DNA from: an uncultured Methanomicrobiales archaeon | GTDB taxonomy: Archaea; Halobacteriota; Methanomicrobia; Methanomicrobiales; Methanospirillaceae | Assembly: GCA_963758915.1 (NCBI GenBank) | Contig: CAVWXH010000015.1 | Span: forward strand, 1 to 64,000 | Length of the DNA stretch: 64,000 bases | Direction: 5' to 3' | Part shown: positions 1 through 10,140 of the stretch, piece after piece | Layout: the number at the start of each line of letters is the position of its first letter | Numbering within the stretch: the first letter of the stretch is position 1 | Notes under the pieces: generated by a model | What the model saw: the letters and a program-made list of their open reading frames with translations, nothing else | The model's database searches: none | What the model was told of the DNA's origin: nothing | Position numbers and translations under genes: made by a program

Positions 1-268
1 TATTGTTGTCGGTACTGTCGTTGGGACTTTGGTCGGTACTGTTGTCGCTATTGTTGTCGGTACTGTCGTTGGGACTTTGGTCGGTACTGTTGTCACTATT
101 GTTGTCGGTACCGTCGTTGGGACTGTGGTCGGTGCTGTTGTCGCTATTGTTGTCGGTACCGTCGTTGGGACTGTGGTCGGTGCTGTTGTCGCTATTGTTG
201 TCGGTACCGTCGTTGGGACTTTGGTCGGTGCTGTTGTCGCTATTGTTGTCGGTACTGTCGTTGGGACT
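1..268. repeat. 48-bp coding tandem repeat (~5.5 copies visible, built of 12-bp subunits)
   Basis: Unit tattgttgtcggtactgtcgttgggactttggtcggtactgttgtcgc recurs at 1, 49, 97, 145, 193 and 241 (partial) with few substitutions. Confidence 0.95.
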
Positions 269-657
269 GGGGTTGATACTACCTCAGGACCAGGGCCAAC
301 TGATGAGCTGTCAAACATTGAACTGATGAAAGCCCAGAAATTATCCTGCCCTGTTCCAGGAGTATTGATTGCAGTTCCATTATCAGGGGAACCAACCGTT
401 TCCTGTGGGGTAGAGATCTCGGTTGGAGTAACAACAGGAGTCGGGGTAACCTGAATAGTCAATGTCGGGGCAGGGGTCGCAGGAGAGGTATTAACCGGGG
501 GAAAATTACCTGCGGGCATCTCCCCGTTGACCGGGGCTGAATGTTGCACGGTGTTAATTTTAATCTCAAACGCACCCTCAACACCTGCCATCGAGACCAT
601 TACTGATATCAGGAGCATTACGGTCATGATCCTGGCAATGTGGTTCTTCCGCGACAT
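1..657 (-). CDS. Secreted/cell-surface Thr-Pro-rich protein, 3' end runs off the window
   Basis: Manual minus-strand translation from ATG 657: MSRKNHIARIMTVMLLISVMVSMAGVEGA (signal-peptide-like), then a Pro/Thr-rich region and (PTTVPTTIATTVPTKV)n, with no stop before position 1. Missing from the ORF track because it lacks a stop. Confidence 0.8.
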   Translation of the reverse strand, partial: MSRKNHIARIMTVMLLISVMVSMAGVEGAFEIKINTVQHSAPVNGEMPAGNFPPVNTSPATPAPTLTIQVTPTPVVTPTEISTPQETVGSPDNGTAINTPGTGQDNFWAFISSMFDSSSVGPGPEVVSTPVPTTVPTTIATTAPTKVPTTVPTTIATTAPTTVPTTVPTTIATTAPTTVPTTVPTTIVTTVPTKVPTTVPTTIATTVPTKVPTTVPTTI

Positions 658-958
658 ATTGTGACCTATTAAGACCTATATATGGATGATTCAAATAAAA
701 AGCTATCCTGCCACAAACCGCGTTAAGGCCTGATACAATGGTGCCAATTGCAGTTTGAAGCCGAATCGTTGGATATCCTGACACCGTGAACCAGGGTCCA
801 TTTACCCCCGCTATCCCGCGCATCGAAACGGGTTGCAATATCCTCATAAAACCCCCAAAATTCTTATGAATACAAAAAAAGACCATTCTGATTCATAAAG
901 CGGGTGAATCTTACGATAATTTTATTTTAACTACTCCCCAATAACTTGGAGATTAAAT

Positions 959-1459
959 ATGTTACTTGCAAATGTGGCAGTTGGCATTATCCAGTTGATC
1001 ATCGCAATCATTCTCGCAGTGGCTGCCCTGTATATTGGATTTTTTGTTCTGAATAAGATTACAAAGGGTATTGACGAAGAAAAAGAACTCGCAAAGGGTA
1101 ATGTTGCGGTCGGTATTGTTGTCGCGGCCGTATTTTTCGCAATCGCGATTGTTGTGCAGTCCGGTGTTGCCGGGGTATCCGTTGGTGTCGGCGCTGCACT
1201 TGCATCCGGCCTTGGCTCCACTGATGCATTGATCGCAATCGGTGTGGCAATCCTTCAGCTGATCCTTGGGATAATTCTCGCAATCGCTTCAATTTACCTC
1301 GCACTCAGGATCCTTGATAAAATGACAAAGGGTATTGAGGAATTTGAGGAGCTCAAGAAGGGTAATGTCGCCGTTGCACTGGAAATGGCCGGTGTGATCA
1401 TTGCCGTTGCATTGATCGTACAGGTCGGGGTACTCGGTATTACCCAGGCATTGGTATAA
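959..1459 (+). CDS. DUF350-family membrane protein (internally duplicated)
   Basis: Two copies of 'KxTKGI(D/E)ExxELxKGNVAV' flanked by hydrophobic helices; oligo-T tract follows. Confidence 0.8.
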   Translation: MLLANVAVGIIQLIIAIILAVAALYIGFFVLNKITKGIDEEKELAKGNVAVGIVVAAVFFAIAIVVQSGVAGVSVGVGAALASGLGSTDALIAIGVAILQLILGIILAIASIYLALRILDKMTKGIEEFEELKKGNVAVALEMAGVIIAVALIVQVGVLGITQALV

Positions 1460-1560
1460 AGACCAAATCTTTTCTTTTTTTTAGACCCCATCGGGCCTGT
1501 TGTTGTCAACCCTGGTGTAAGCAGCTCAACTAAAGGGATTCTGCCTTTTAGATTAGAATA

Positions 1561-1902
1561 CCGGGCACGGTTCAAACGCACATGAAAGGGAGGTTCACGC
1601 CCGGACGGTTGAAAATGCCCTGGTTTCACCCCATCCCTGTCCCACCCCCATTAAGATATTCCTTGGCAGGTTAAACGGAAGAATCCACGAAAGTTTCAGA
1701 GACTTAATGACCGTTTTCTATCCCAACAATGTTCGCTAATGCGGCGGGGCAGGGCACTGGGAACGTTGATAAATTTCTGAATAACCAGGATTCCGGGTAT
1801 CTATTAGCTTTTCAACAGAGCGTGCTATGTGCCTTTTGGCTCAAAGATGAGTATGAAAAAGGTGGCCCTTCAGATTGTTTTGCCGGAGTTTTTCATACCA
1901 GC
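1561..1902 (-). repeat. Dispersed intergenic repeat, copy A
   Basis: Reverse complement matches blocks in 38105-38602 (e.g. gccggagtttttcataccagc, caacagagcgtgctatg, gtgaac..ccc.ttcatgtg). Confidence 0.8.
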
Positions 1903-1975
1903 AGAATACTAAAAAAAGGTATTGATAGTGGGCCCAGGTAATAATGGGACAGGGAATAAAACCTCGCGATTGGGG

Positions 1976-3505
1976 TTATATCCCATTTTTTGTTACTTCT
2001 TCCACCGTTTCTTCCGGTTTCACTGTTTCGGGTTTCATCTGGGGGAAGAGGATTACTTCCTTGATCGAGTCGCGGTTTGTCAGGAGCATTACAAGGCGGT
2101 CAATACCAAGACCCACCCCTCCCGTAGGGGGCATGCCAAACCCGAGCGCCGTTATGAAATCGGAATCGATCATCTGGGCCTCTGCATCACCAGCCTTCCG
2201 CTTTGCATCCTGGTCCTCCAAACGGGCCAGCTGGTCAAGTGGGTCATTCAACTCGGAAAAACCGTTTGCAATCTCCATCCCGTTGATGAAGAGCTCAAAC
2301 CGCTCGGTGAACCCCTCTTTTTCCCGGTGTTTTTTCGCCAGCGGGGAGTTTTCAACCGGGAAGTCGTAAACGAACGTCGGCTGGACCAGTTTTTCCTCCA
2401 CCATTCCTTCGAAGAAAAGGACAAGGAACTCCCTCCGGGTCTTTGGTTTTTCATAGTCCTCGATCCGGTTCTTCTTTGCAATTTCCCGGAGTTCGTCCGG
2501 TGAATGAGCATGGATATCAACGCCTGCAATCTCTCTTACCGCATCTTCCATCGACAGTTTCCGGAACGGGGGTTCGAACCGGAGCGTGACATCCCCATAT
2601 GCAATATCGTACTTCCCGTGAAGGGTGTGGACAAGAAGGGAGATGAGTCCCTCGGTCAGTTGCATCATATCACGGAAGTCCTTGTAGGCCTCGTATATCT
2701 CCACCATCGAGAACTCGGGGTTATGACGCGTGTCGATGTCCTCGTTCCGGAAATTCCTCGCGACCTCAAAGACTTTTTCGAAACCACCGACAACCAGTCG
2801 TTTCAGGTAGAGTTCAGGTGCAATCCGCAGGAAAAATTTCTGTTCAAGGAAATTATGGAATGTTGTGAATGGTCTCGCATTTGCACCGCCGTAGATGGGC
2901 TGAAGGATCGGGGTCTCAAACTCAAGGAAGTCCCGCTCATCCAGGTACCGCCTGATAAGGGAGATAACACGGCTCCGTGTCCTGAATACCTCCCGGCTCT
3001 CTTCGTTAACAATAAGGTCAACATAACGCTGGCGGTACCGTTTTTCGATATCTTTCAGACCATGGAATTTTTCCGGTAATGCACAGACGGATTTACAGAG
3101 AAGGGTCACCTGGTCAACCCAGATCGTGATCTCCCCCACTTTTGTCCGGAATACGTGCCCGGTTGCCCCGATGATATCACCCCGCTCAAGGTTACGGTTG
3201 ATAAAATCGAATTGCTCATCCCCGAGATCGTTTTTCCTTATATACAGCTGGATACGGCCACTCTCATCTCCAAGGTCTGCGAATATTGTTTTCCCATGGT
3301 CCCGGACAGTAAAAATCCGTCCCGCAGTTATGACACGTTCAACACTCTTTTCATGTTCTATTGCATGGAACCGCTGCTTGATCTCTTCGATAGTATCTTT
3401 TCGTTCAAATTTCGCCGGGTACAGCGGCACTCCGGCCTTTTGTATTGTCCTGATCTTGTCAAGTCTCGCCTCGTCAAAGTTGAGGGATTCTGGTGTCAAA
3501 CTCAT
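1976..3505 (-). CDS. lysS: Lysine--tRNA ligase, class II
   Basis: OB-fold N-terminus, YRQRYVDL, GGANARPF, LRIAPELYLKRL, FRNEDID..HNPEF, GMPPTGGVGLGIDRL. Likely start ATG 3505 after ggag. Confidence 0.97.
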   Translation of the reverse strand: MSLTPESLNFDEARLDKIRTIQKAGVPLYPAKFERKDTIEEIKQRFHAIEHEKSVERVITAGRIFTVRDHGKTIFADLGDESGRIQLYIRKNDLGDEQFDFINRNLERGDIIGATGHVFRTKVGEITIWVDQVTLLCKSVCALPEKFHGLKDIEKRYRQRYVDLIVNEESREVFRTRSRVISLIRRYLDERDFLEFETPILQPIYGGANARPFTTFHNFLEQKFFLRIAPELYLKRLVVGGFEKVFEVARNFRNEDIDTRHNPEFSMVEIYEAYKDFRDMMQLTEGLISLLVHTLHGKYDIAYGDVTLRFEPPFRKLSMEDAVREIAGVDIHAHSPDELREIAKKNRIEDYEKPKTRREFLVLFFEGMVEEKLVQPTFVYDFPVENSPLAKKHREKEGFTERFELFINGMEIANGFSELNDPLDQLARLEDQDAKRKAGDAEAQMIDSDFITALGFGMPPTGGVGLGIDRLVMLLTNRDSIKEVILFPQMKPETVKPEETVEEVTKNGI

Positions 3506-3770
3506 ATGGTACTCATCTCCCTTGGTTTTGGGGAATTCCGTGGTGCGCCCACATCGGACGGAAAACAAATGGTTCACCGTTTTTGAAAATGGCAACAGCC
3601 ACGGGAAGGTTCATTATATTCGCAACAGGCCTACATCCACGGGTGGCATCTGGCGCGAAATGTACCTGTTAAATTCTTCTTCGAGGATAATAATACCTTC
3701 AATGCAGATCTCCTTCCCGAAAACAGCGGCCGGACTCCAAGAGGGACAGAGGGAAAAACGAATAATCGTT

Positions 3771-4217
3771 TCAGCCGGTCATCCTCATCGTGATCATGCT
3801 GATCGCCTCGGTAATCATCTCACGGACACCTTCAAGGTCGTCGCGGTATGCTCTTCTTAATGCAGGAATTGCCGCTGGATCTCCAATGTATCCGAGTGCC
3901 CACGCCGTTTTCTGCCGTACTCTCCAGTCTTCGTCAGAAAGTGCCTGGATAAGGGGACCGACCGCACGATTGTCCCCGAGCCGGGCCAGGGACTCTGCGG
4001 CTTTCCACCGGCGGCCGGGGTCGGAATGTTCCAGCATCGCGATATAAAACCGGAACTTTTTCTCATACTCATCGGTTTCCTTATCCTCCTCTACAACAGG
4101 TCCCGGGTTATTTTCCGAAGAAAGCTTGCGCATCTCCGTCTCTGAACTTACTAAACCACCAGCATTACCCGGGGTACGGTGATCAGGCGGGGGCCGTATT
4201 TTCTTCACCACCTTCAA
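3771..4217 (-). CDS. HEAT/PBS-lyase repeat protein
   Basis: RWKAAESLARLGD..AVGPLIQALSDEDWRVRQKTAWALGYIGD. True start may be ATG 4133. Confidence 0.8.
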   Translation of the reverse strand: MKVVKKIRPPPDHRTPGNAGGLVSSETEMRKLSSENNPGPVVEEDKETDEYEKKFRFYIAMLEHSDPGRRWKAAESLARLGDNRAVGPLIQALSDEDWRVRQKTAWALGYIGDPAAIPALRRAYRDDLEGVREMITEAISMITMRMTG

Positions 4218-4448
4218 ATTCCATTCGCGCAGGATACCCCGGCGGGTCTCTCATCACTATCACTCTTGCAATTGAAGGAACAATAATATATCACCGCTGA
4301 TAAGATCTTCGATAAAAGAGACTGGAATAGTCAAAAAAACCGGAAAGAGGTTTTCTCTGGGACAGAAGCTCATATTCAGCTACTTTGAAGGTAGCAAACA
4401 AGACTCCGGACATGGATTTTATCAGGGAATTACATTCGGTGGTGTAGC

Positions 4449-5063
4449 ATGGACCCTCCCAAATCAGTATACAGGACAGATAACGGGACCGTGGTAATTG
4501 AGCTCGTCCTACGAAACGTAATGCAGCTCTTCAATTCCCTTGACCCTTCTCCATTTCATGAGAAAGAACTTGACCCGGATGCGGAGGAGTATATTTTCAA
4601 TGCGGTCGTTGACCAGCCGAAGAAAATACCGGTAAAACTGGCAATTTATCTCCCGGAAGAATCACTTACGGTCGCTACCCGCGAGGCAATTATCCTTGGG
4701 ATCCATAACCATTTCATCTACAAGGCCTCGGTATCAGAACGTGAACTCCGGAGGCTGTTCCAACGGGGAAGGATAGTGCTCCTTATCGCATTGGGTATTT
4801 TGTTCGTGACGCTCCTCGCACGCCAGGGCCTCTCAACCCTTGAACAGAGTCTCCCGGTCAGGATGGCCGGGGAAGCTCTCCTGATACTGGGATGGGTAAC
4901 CCTATGGGAACCTGCGTATATTTTTATCTACGGCTGGTGGCCGATTGTCCAGAAACGGAAGATCTATGATAAAATTGCCACGATGGACGTTGAGGTGTTG
5001 CCAGTCCCCGCAACGAAGGCGTTACACACCAGTTGCATTCCAGGGGTGCATGCGGCCACTTGA
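4449..5063 (+). CDS. Conserved hypothetical membrane protein (two C-terminal TM helices)
   Basis: QLFNSLDPSPFHEKELDPDAEEYI N-terminal motif; ILGWVTLWEP...WWP hydrophobic C-terminus. Confidence 0.7.
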   Translation: MDPPKSVYRTDNGTVVIELVLRNVMQLFNSLDPSPFHEKELDPDAEEYIFNAVVDQPKKIPVKLAIYLPEESLTVATREAIILGIHNHFIYKASVSERELRRLFQRGRIVLLIALGILFVTLLARQGLSTLEQSLPVRMAGEALLILGWVTLWEPAYIFIYGWWPIVQKRKIYDKIATMDVEVLPVPATKALHTSCIPGVHAAT

Positions 5064-5108
5064 TGGAGCACCTGATACTATTTTCAGTGCAATGACCCAC
5101 TAGTATTC

Positions 5109-5678
5109 ATGGCAAAAAAAGTGGTGCTTCTCTCGGGGAGCCCGAGACCGGAGGGAAACACGGCACAGGTCATTGAAGAGTGTGTGAAAGTGATCCAGGG
5201 ATATGGGGTGGAGACAGAGGTGTTCTCCCTTGCAGGAAGGAAGATCGAGTCCTGCACGGCCTGTTACCAGTGCAAGGACCTTGGCTGCTGTGTAATTAAC
5301 GATGGCCTGAATGACCTCATCAAACTGCTCCGGGATGCGGACGGGTTCATTGTCGCATCACCGGTATATTTTGGAACTGCACGCGGGGACGTAATGTCAG
5401 CATTACAGCGGATTGGCCTTGTATCGATGGTGACTGACAATTTCCTCCGCTGGATGGTAGGGGGACCAATCGCCATAGCACGCCGGGGAGGCCATACCGC
5501 AACTGTGCAGGAAATGCTCATGTTCTACCTGATCAACGAGATGATCGTGCCAGGTTCCAACTACTGGAATATGGTATTCGGTCGGGAGCCGGGCGAAGTC
5601 TGGAATGACACAGAAGGTATAGCAACAATACGCCTTTTTGCGACAAATGTTGCTGAACTGGTGCAAAAACTGGATTGA
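5109..5678 (+). CDS. Iron-sulfur flavoprotein (Isf / flavodoxin family)
   Basis: GSPR..GNT, CTACYQCKDLGCC (Cx2Cx2Cx5C), ASPVYFG. Confidence 0.9.
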   Translation: MAKKVVLLSGSPRPEGNTAQVIEECVKVIQGYGVETEVFSLAGRKIESCTACYQCKDLGCCVINDGLNDLIKLLRDADGFIVASPVYFGTARGDVMSALQRIGLVSMVTDNFLRWMVGGPIAIARRGGHTATVQEMLMFYLINEMIVPGSNYWNMVFGREPGEVWNDTEGIATIRLFATNVAELVQKLD

Positions 5679-5834
5679 ACGATCCCGGGATTCACCGGGT
5701 GGAATACCGCCTCTTTTTGCTTCGGGGAGAATCATTTTTCCCCGGAAGGTTAAGTCCATGAACTCAGCCCTGATCGCTTGATTTATACTGCAAAAGATAC
5801 TATAGACGCCTGACACAGGAAGGCGAACCCTGAT

Positions 5835-6812
5835 TTGAGTACCAGTATTATTGAAGTAAAAGACCTCGAACACCAGTACGGTGATTTCAAGGCTGTGGAC
5901 GGGATTAGCTTTACCGTTGGGAAAGGGGAGATTTTCTCATTTCTCGGGCCAAACGGAGCGGGAAAGAGCACGGCGATCAACGTGCTGATCACGCTGTTAA
6001 AAATCCAGAACGGTGAGGCAAGTATCGCCGGTTACGATGTCAGGACAGAGCCTGAAAAAGTCAGGGAGTCAATCGGTATCGTCTTCCAGGAGGTGACCCT
6101 CGACCGTGACATGACGGCCTGGGAGATCCTGGAATTCCACGGCAGACTCTACGGGATGGCGCGATCAGAAAGGAAAGAGCGGATCCAGGAGATCCTTGAG
6201 CTGGTGAAACTGGTGGAAAAGAAGGACACGTTCGTAAAGAAATTGTCCGGCGGGATGAAACGGCGGCTTGAAATAGGCAGGGGACTTATGACAAGGCCGA
6301 TCGTGCTCTTTCTCGACGAGCCGACCATCGGTCTTGACCCCCAGACACGGATGAGGATGTGGGATTATATCAGGGCGGTAAACGAAGAGGGGACAACGAT
6401 TTTTCTTACCACCCATTACATGGACGAGGCGGACAACCTGTCAGACCGGATTAGTATTATTGACCACGGGAAGATTATCGCGAGCGGGAAACCGTGGGAA
6501 CTGAAAAATGCGCTGGGCCAGGACCTGATTTACCTCGAGACAAGCGATAATGCAAGGGCACGGGCTATTATTACTGACCTCGTAAGCGTAAGCGGGGTCA
6601 GTGAGAAAGGAAAGGGGATCCTCATCACGACGAATGACGACGGGACGAAGGTGCTCCCCCTGCTCATCGAAGAGATCAGGAACAGCGGTATCGGCGTTAT
6701 CACGGTGAACCTGAAGAAACCCTCGATGGATGACGTATTTGTCCATTTCACAGGCCGCGAGCTTCGCGATGATAAGCCAGAGAAAATTTCAACAGCATTC
6801 GGGAGGAGATGA
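5835..6812 (+). CDS. ABC exporter ATP-binding subunit (DrrA-like)
   Basis: Walker A GPNGAGKS, LSGGMKRRLEI, LDEPT, TTHYMDEAD; TTG start. Confidence 0.93.
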   Translation: MSTSIIEVKDLEHQYGDFKAVDGISFTVGKGEIFSFLGPNGAGKSTAINVLITLLKIQNGEASIAGYDVRTEPEKVRESIGIVFQEVTLDRDMTAWEILEFHGRLYGMARSERKERIQEILELVKLVEKKDTFVKKLSGGMKRRLEIGRGLMTRPIVLFLDEPTIGLDPQTRMRMWDYIRAVNEEGTTIFLTTHYMDEADNLSDRISIIDHGKIIASGKPWELKNALGQDLIYLETSDNARARAIITDLVSVSGVSEKGKGILITTNDDGTKVLPLLIEEIRNSGIGVITVNLKKPSMDDVFVHFTGRELRDDKPEKISTAFGRR

Positions 6813-6815
6813 ACG

Positions 6816-7652
6816 GTGCACTACGGCTTTTTGACCATCTACTGGCGGGACATGATCAGGTTTGTCAGGTTCAAGACACTCCTGATCTCCTCGCTCATCC
6901 AGCCGGCGTTGTGGATGGCGTTTTTCGGCATTGCAATGTCTGCCAATTTTGACCGGCTCGGGGCCTCAATCCCCCCAATCCCGGGGGTCCCTGAAGTACA
7001 GTACCTGACGTATATGGCGGCCGGGGTCATTGCAATGACTGTGCTTTTTACAAGCCTGTTCGGCGGGATCGTCCTGTTGTTTGATAAAAACTGGGGACTG
7101 ATGAGGGAGATCATGGCAAGCCCTCTCCCCAGGGACCAGATCATATTCGGCATCGCGCTCTCGGGCATGACAAAGTCCTTCATCCAGGTAATTATTGTCA
7201 TGATTTTCGGGCTGCTTATCGGGGTAACGTTTTTCGCCGGATACACCATCGGGCATACCGTCGTTGCATTGCTTGGGATCATGCTCTTTGTCGGGATGTT
7301 CTCTATCGGGTTCCTCTTTTTCTCCGCGGCCATCTCCATTTCGATGGAGACTCCGGAGGGGTTGCAGGGGATTATCACGCTCCTGACAATGCCAATATTT
7401 TTCGCAAGCAACGCTCTTTACCCGGTTGAGGCATTTCCACCAGTTTTACAGGCGATCTCAACCGTAAACCCGCTCTCCCAGCTGGTCAACGGTGTCCGGT
7501 ATTTTGCAATCGGGGATAATTTCACCACCATGGGCATTCATTACGTGTATACATCGGCTGAGATCCTCCTCTCATTCACGATCCTCGTAATATTTGCGGT
7601 CGCCATGTTCGGTGTCGCATGGTGGAGGTTTAAAAAGGCCGTTGTCACCTGA
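6816..7652 (+). CDS. ABC-2 type permease
   Basis: About six TM segments, FFASNALYP, NPLSQLVNGVR; directly follows the ATPase. Confidence 0.9.
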   Translation: MHYGFLTIYWRDMIRFVRFKTLLISSLIQPALWMAFFGIAMSANFDRLGASIPPIPGVPEVQYLTYMAAGVIAMTVLFTSLFGGIVLLFDKNWGLMREIMASPLPRDQIIFGIALSGMTKSFIQVIIVMIFGLLIGVTFFAGYTIGHTVVALLGIMLFVGMFSIGFLFFSAAISISMETPEGLQGIITLLTMPIFFASNALYPVEAFPPVLQAISTVNPLSQLVNGVRYFAIGDNFTTMGIHYVYTSAEILLSFTILVIFAVAMFGVAWWRFKKAVVT

Positions 7653-7816
7653 TCAGTAAACGATACCCGGTTTTTGTTGCAGACCAACAACAAATTCCCG
7701 AAGGGTTCCTGATTGTCATAACAACCATTCAACGAAAAAAACTACACTTCGCATCCGGACCTGGGGGCCATTGGCCACCTGAAGGGACCCTGCCGGGTTC
7801 TTTGCCACCGGGGAGA

Positions 7817-9973
7817 CTACGTGGCATCCGGTGCAATAGATGGGTCCCGGCACTCCGGTTCTGGTACAAACACCCGTGATGACGACAATTCCGCCATGAA
7901 ATCGTCGATATGATACATATCGCTCAGGACCATCTCGCGGAACCTTGCGGCAGGGATTAAGCCACCGAATTTCCATCCATCTGGTGCAGGGAGCAGGAGG
8001 ACCGATTCCACCTCCTCCCGGGAAAACATCGCTGCCTCCTCCGCAGCATGGACAACCATCCCGAACGGATCGCCACCCCTGACACCGCGCACGAGAAGCG
8101 AGAAGTCATTATAACTGATGCTGCCCCGCAGCCCGAGTGCCCGGGTGAGCAGGGAAGAGTAGAGTTTCCCGAAATTGTTGTTCCTGAAGGTGAGGAGGAG
8201 GAAACCCATCCCCCTTGAGCCCTCCCGTACCTCAATTACGATATCGCCCCGGTGAAAATTTGCCGGGAATTTCGAGATCACCCGTGCCAGGTTAATCACA
8301 GCATCATCAGGGAGCGGAAGAACAGACTTCCCCCTGCGGATTATGCGAGATACACCCCTGCATACCACTTCACTATACCCGTGTGCCCCGCCGGTCCAGA
8401 ATATCCCCCCTTTCTGTTCTGAACCCGGGACCACGACCACCCGGTTACGGGCCTCGTCGCAGGTGATCATCGTCCAGTTTTTCCCACCCAGCTGGAAATT
8501 GGCACTGTTTTTGCTATTCACAAACCTGGCATCAAGCCGACCGACAATCTCGCCATCGGGCGTCACCGCACGGAACTCCCCGCCTCCGTGGATAACCGAA
8601 TACAGGTCACGCCAGTTTGCCTGGCCGAATTCTTTTTCAGCCCGGGAACCCAGCATCAGCATCTCACCATCAGCGACCAGGTACTCTTCGGCCCTCAATT
8701 TTCTGATTGTCTCCTCCACGGCCACAGTCGGGATCTCCCGGAACGGTGTAAGGCCACGTAGTGCTGTGGTGAGACTTTTTGCCGAGACCCTCCTTTTCCG
8801 GAGGATTTCCAGCAGGAGTTGCTGGACAAGCACATTATAGGGGCGCACATGCGGGATGAGCGGCTCCACCTCCTTTTTGCTCGCACACTCGATCACGGCA
8901 ACGGTGCAGAGGAGCTCGCAGGGGTCACGGAGGATGAATGCAACGAACGGTGGTTTTCCCCGCCTCCCGCTCCGCCCCATCCGCTGAAGGAACGAGGAGA
9001 CAGAACCCGGGGAGCCGAGCTGGACCACGATATCAAGGTCACCGATGTCTATCCCGAGTTCAAGCGAGCTGGTGCATACAATACAGGCGCTCCCTTCACG
9101 TGAAAACGCAGATTCCGCCTCACTTCTCGTCTCCGGTGAGAGGGAAGAGTGGTGCACAGAAAGGTGGTCCACACGGCCGCGGAGCGATTTTATCACTTTT
9201 TCTGCATCGCTCCGGCTGTTCACAAAGACGATCGCCTTCTTCCCGGAAACAACCCTGACAAGGGAGGTGATGCGTCTCCCATCATCCGGCTCAACCGTAA
9301 AGGAGAACTTCTTTGCACGTGGCGGGACTGGTACCCGGACAACTTCCTGTGGCCTGCCCGGTTCGGATAACCACCCGAGTACATCCTCAGGGTTCCCGAC
9401 TGTTGCAGAAAGCCCGATCCTCTGCACATTCCTCCCGGCCACCTTGTCCAGCCGGTCGAGAAGGCACCGCAGGTGGACTCCCCGCTCAGATTCGACGAAT
9501 GCATGCACCTCGTCGATGACCACAAACCTGAGGTTTTTCAGGTCGGCCATAAGTTTCCGCTCAAGCATGAGGACTTCAAGGGACTCAGGGGTGATCATCA
9601 GGAAATGGGGGGGTTCCCCGGCAGCCCACGCACGGTCCCCCTTCGGGACATCGCCGTGCCATTTCTGGACCTCAAGGCCTGTCGGGACGGCAAACGTGAG
9701 GAAACGGCTTTCCTGGTCATTGATGAGCGCTTTCAACGGGGAGATATAGATACAGGCAACCCCGCGACATCCCTCTTTTAACATGGTGTCAGTGACCGGG
9801 ATAAGCGCAGCCTCAGTTTTACCCCCGGCAGTCGGTGCGAGGACCAGTACGTCACTGCCTGACCATACCGCCCGGCAGGTCTGTTCCTGCACATCACGGA
9901 GCTCACTCCATCCGAGACGCTGCAGGAGTACTGACTGGAGCGACTCGTGCAACCCCTCATACACCGAAGACAC
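7817..9973 (-). CDS. Lhr-like SF2 DEAD/DEAH-box helicase
   Basis: APTAGGKT, SPLKAL, ITPESL, DEVH, LSAT, LELGIDIG, QRMGRSGR. Confidence 0.9.
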   Translation of the reverse strand: MSSVYEGLHESLQSVLLQRLGWSELRDVQEQTCRAVWSGSDVLVLAPTAGGKTEAALIPVTDTMLKEGCRGVACIYISPLKALINDQESRFLTFAVPTGLEVQKWHGDVPKGDRAWAAGEPPHFLMITPESLEVLMLERKLMADLKNLRFVVIDEVHAFVESERGVHLRCLLDRLDKVAGRNVQRIGLSATVGNPEDVLGWLSEPGRPQEVVRVPVPPRAKKFSFTVEPDDGRRITSLVRVVSGKKAIVFVNSRSDAEKVIKSLRGRVDHLSVHHSSLSPETRSEAESAFSREGSACIVCTSSLELGIDIGDLDIVVQLGSPGSVSSFLQRMGRSGRRGKPPFVAFILRDPCELLCTVAVIECASKKEVEPLIPHVRPYNVLVQQLLLEILRKRRVSAKSLTTALRGLTPFREIPTVAVEETIRKLRAEEYLVADGEMLMLGSRAEKEFGQANWRDLYSVIHGGGEFRAVTPDGEIVGRLDARFVNSKNSANFQLGGKNWTMITCDEARNRVVVVPGSEQKGGIFWTGGAHGYSEVVCRGVSRIIRRGKSVLPLPDDAVINLARVISKFPANFHRGDIVIEVREGSRGMGFLLLTFRNNNFGKLYSSLLTRALGLRGSISYNDFSLLVRGVRGGDPFGMVVHAAEEAAMFSREEVESVLLLPAPDGWKFGGLIPAARFREMVLSDMYHIDDFMAELSSSRVFVPEPECRDPSIAPDAT

Positions 9974-10110
9974 GTTACTTCACCATGTGTCGGACTTAAA
10001 TATCTGTTTTCGGGATGAACGCGTGATTCCGGTATGCCAAAAAGAGAATGTGATCTGCAATTTGTTGCCCTGCCCGACCCTGGTGTGCAATACTGGCATG
10101 AAAAAAAACG

Positions 10111-10118
10111 TATAAATA
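10111..10118 (+). promoter_or_regulatory. TATA box of the Phe-leader/symporter transcript
   Basis: A-rich BRE-like run then tataaata, 31 nt upstream of the conserved GGTAAACT; same spacing as copy 2. Confidence 0.7.
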
Positions 10119-10140
10119 GCAATACCTCGATTGTATGATT

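Noticed and set aside
1-268. Tandem repeat as a CRISPR array
   Set aside because: Units are contiguous with no unique spacers, lie inside a CDS, and no cas genes are present.
3-454. Plus-strand repetitive ORFs (3-326, 29-454)
   Set aside because: They are antisense shadows of the Thr-rich repeat; the minus-strand frame has a signal peptide and typical composition.
3506-3625. Hairpin and uORF upstream of lysS as a Lys-sensing leader
   Set aside because: An inverted pair (ttccgtgg/ccacgggaa) exists, but the overlapping short ORF has no Lys run and there is no second copy to support it.
1922-3860. Long antisense and alternate-frame ORFs over lysS (and similar ones over other genes)
   Set aside because: They fully overlap well-supported genes and show no recognisable motifs.
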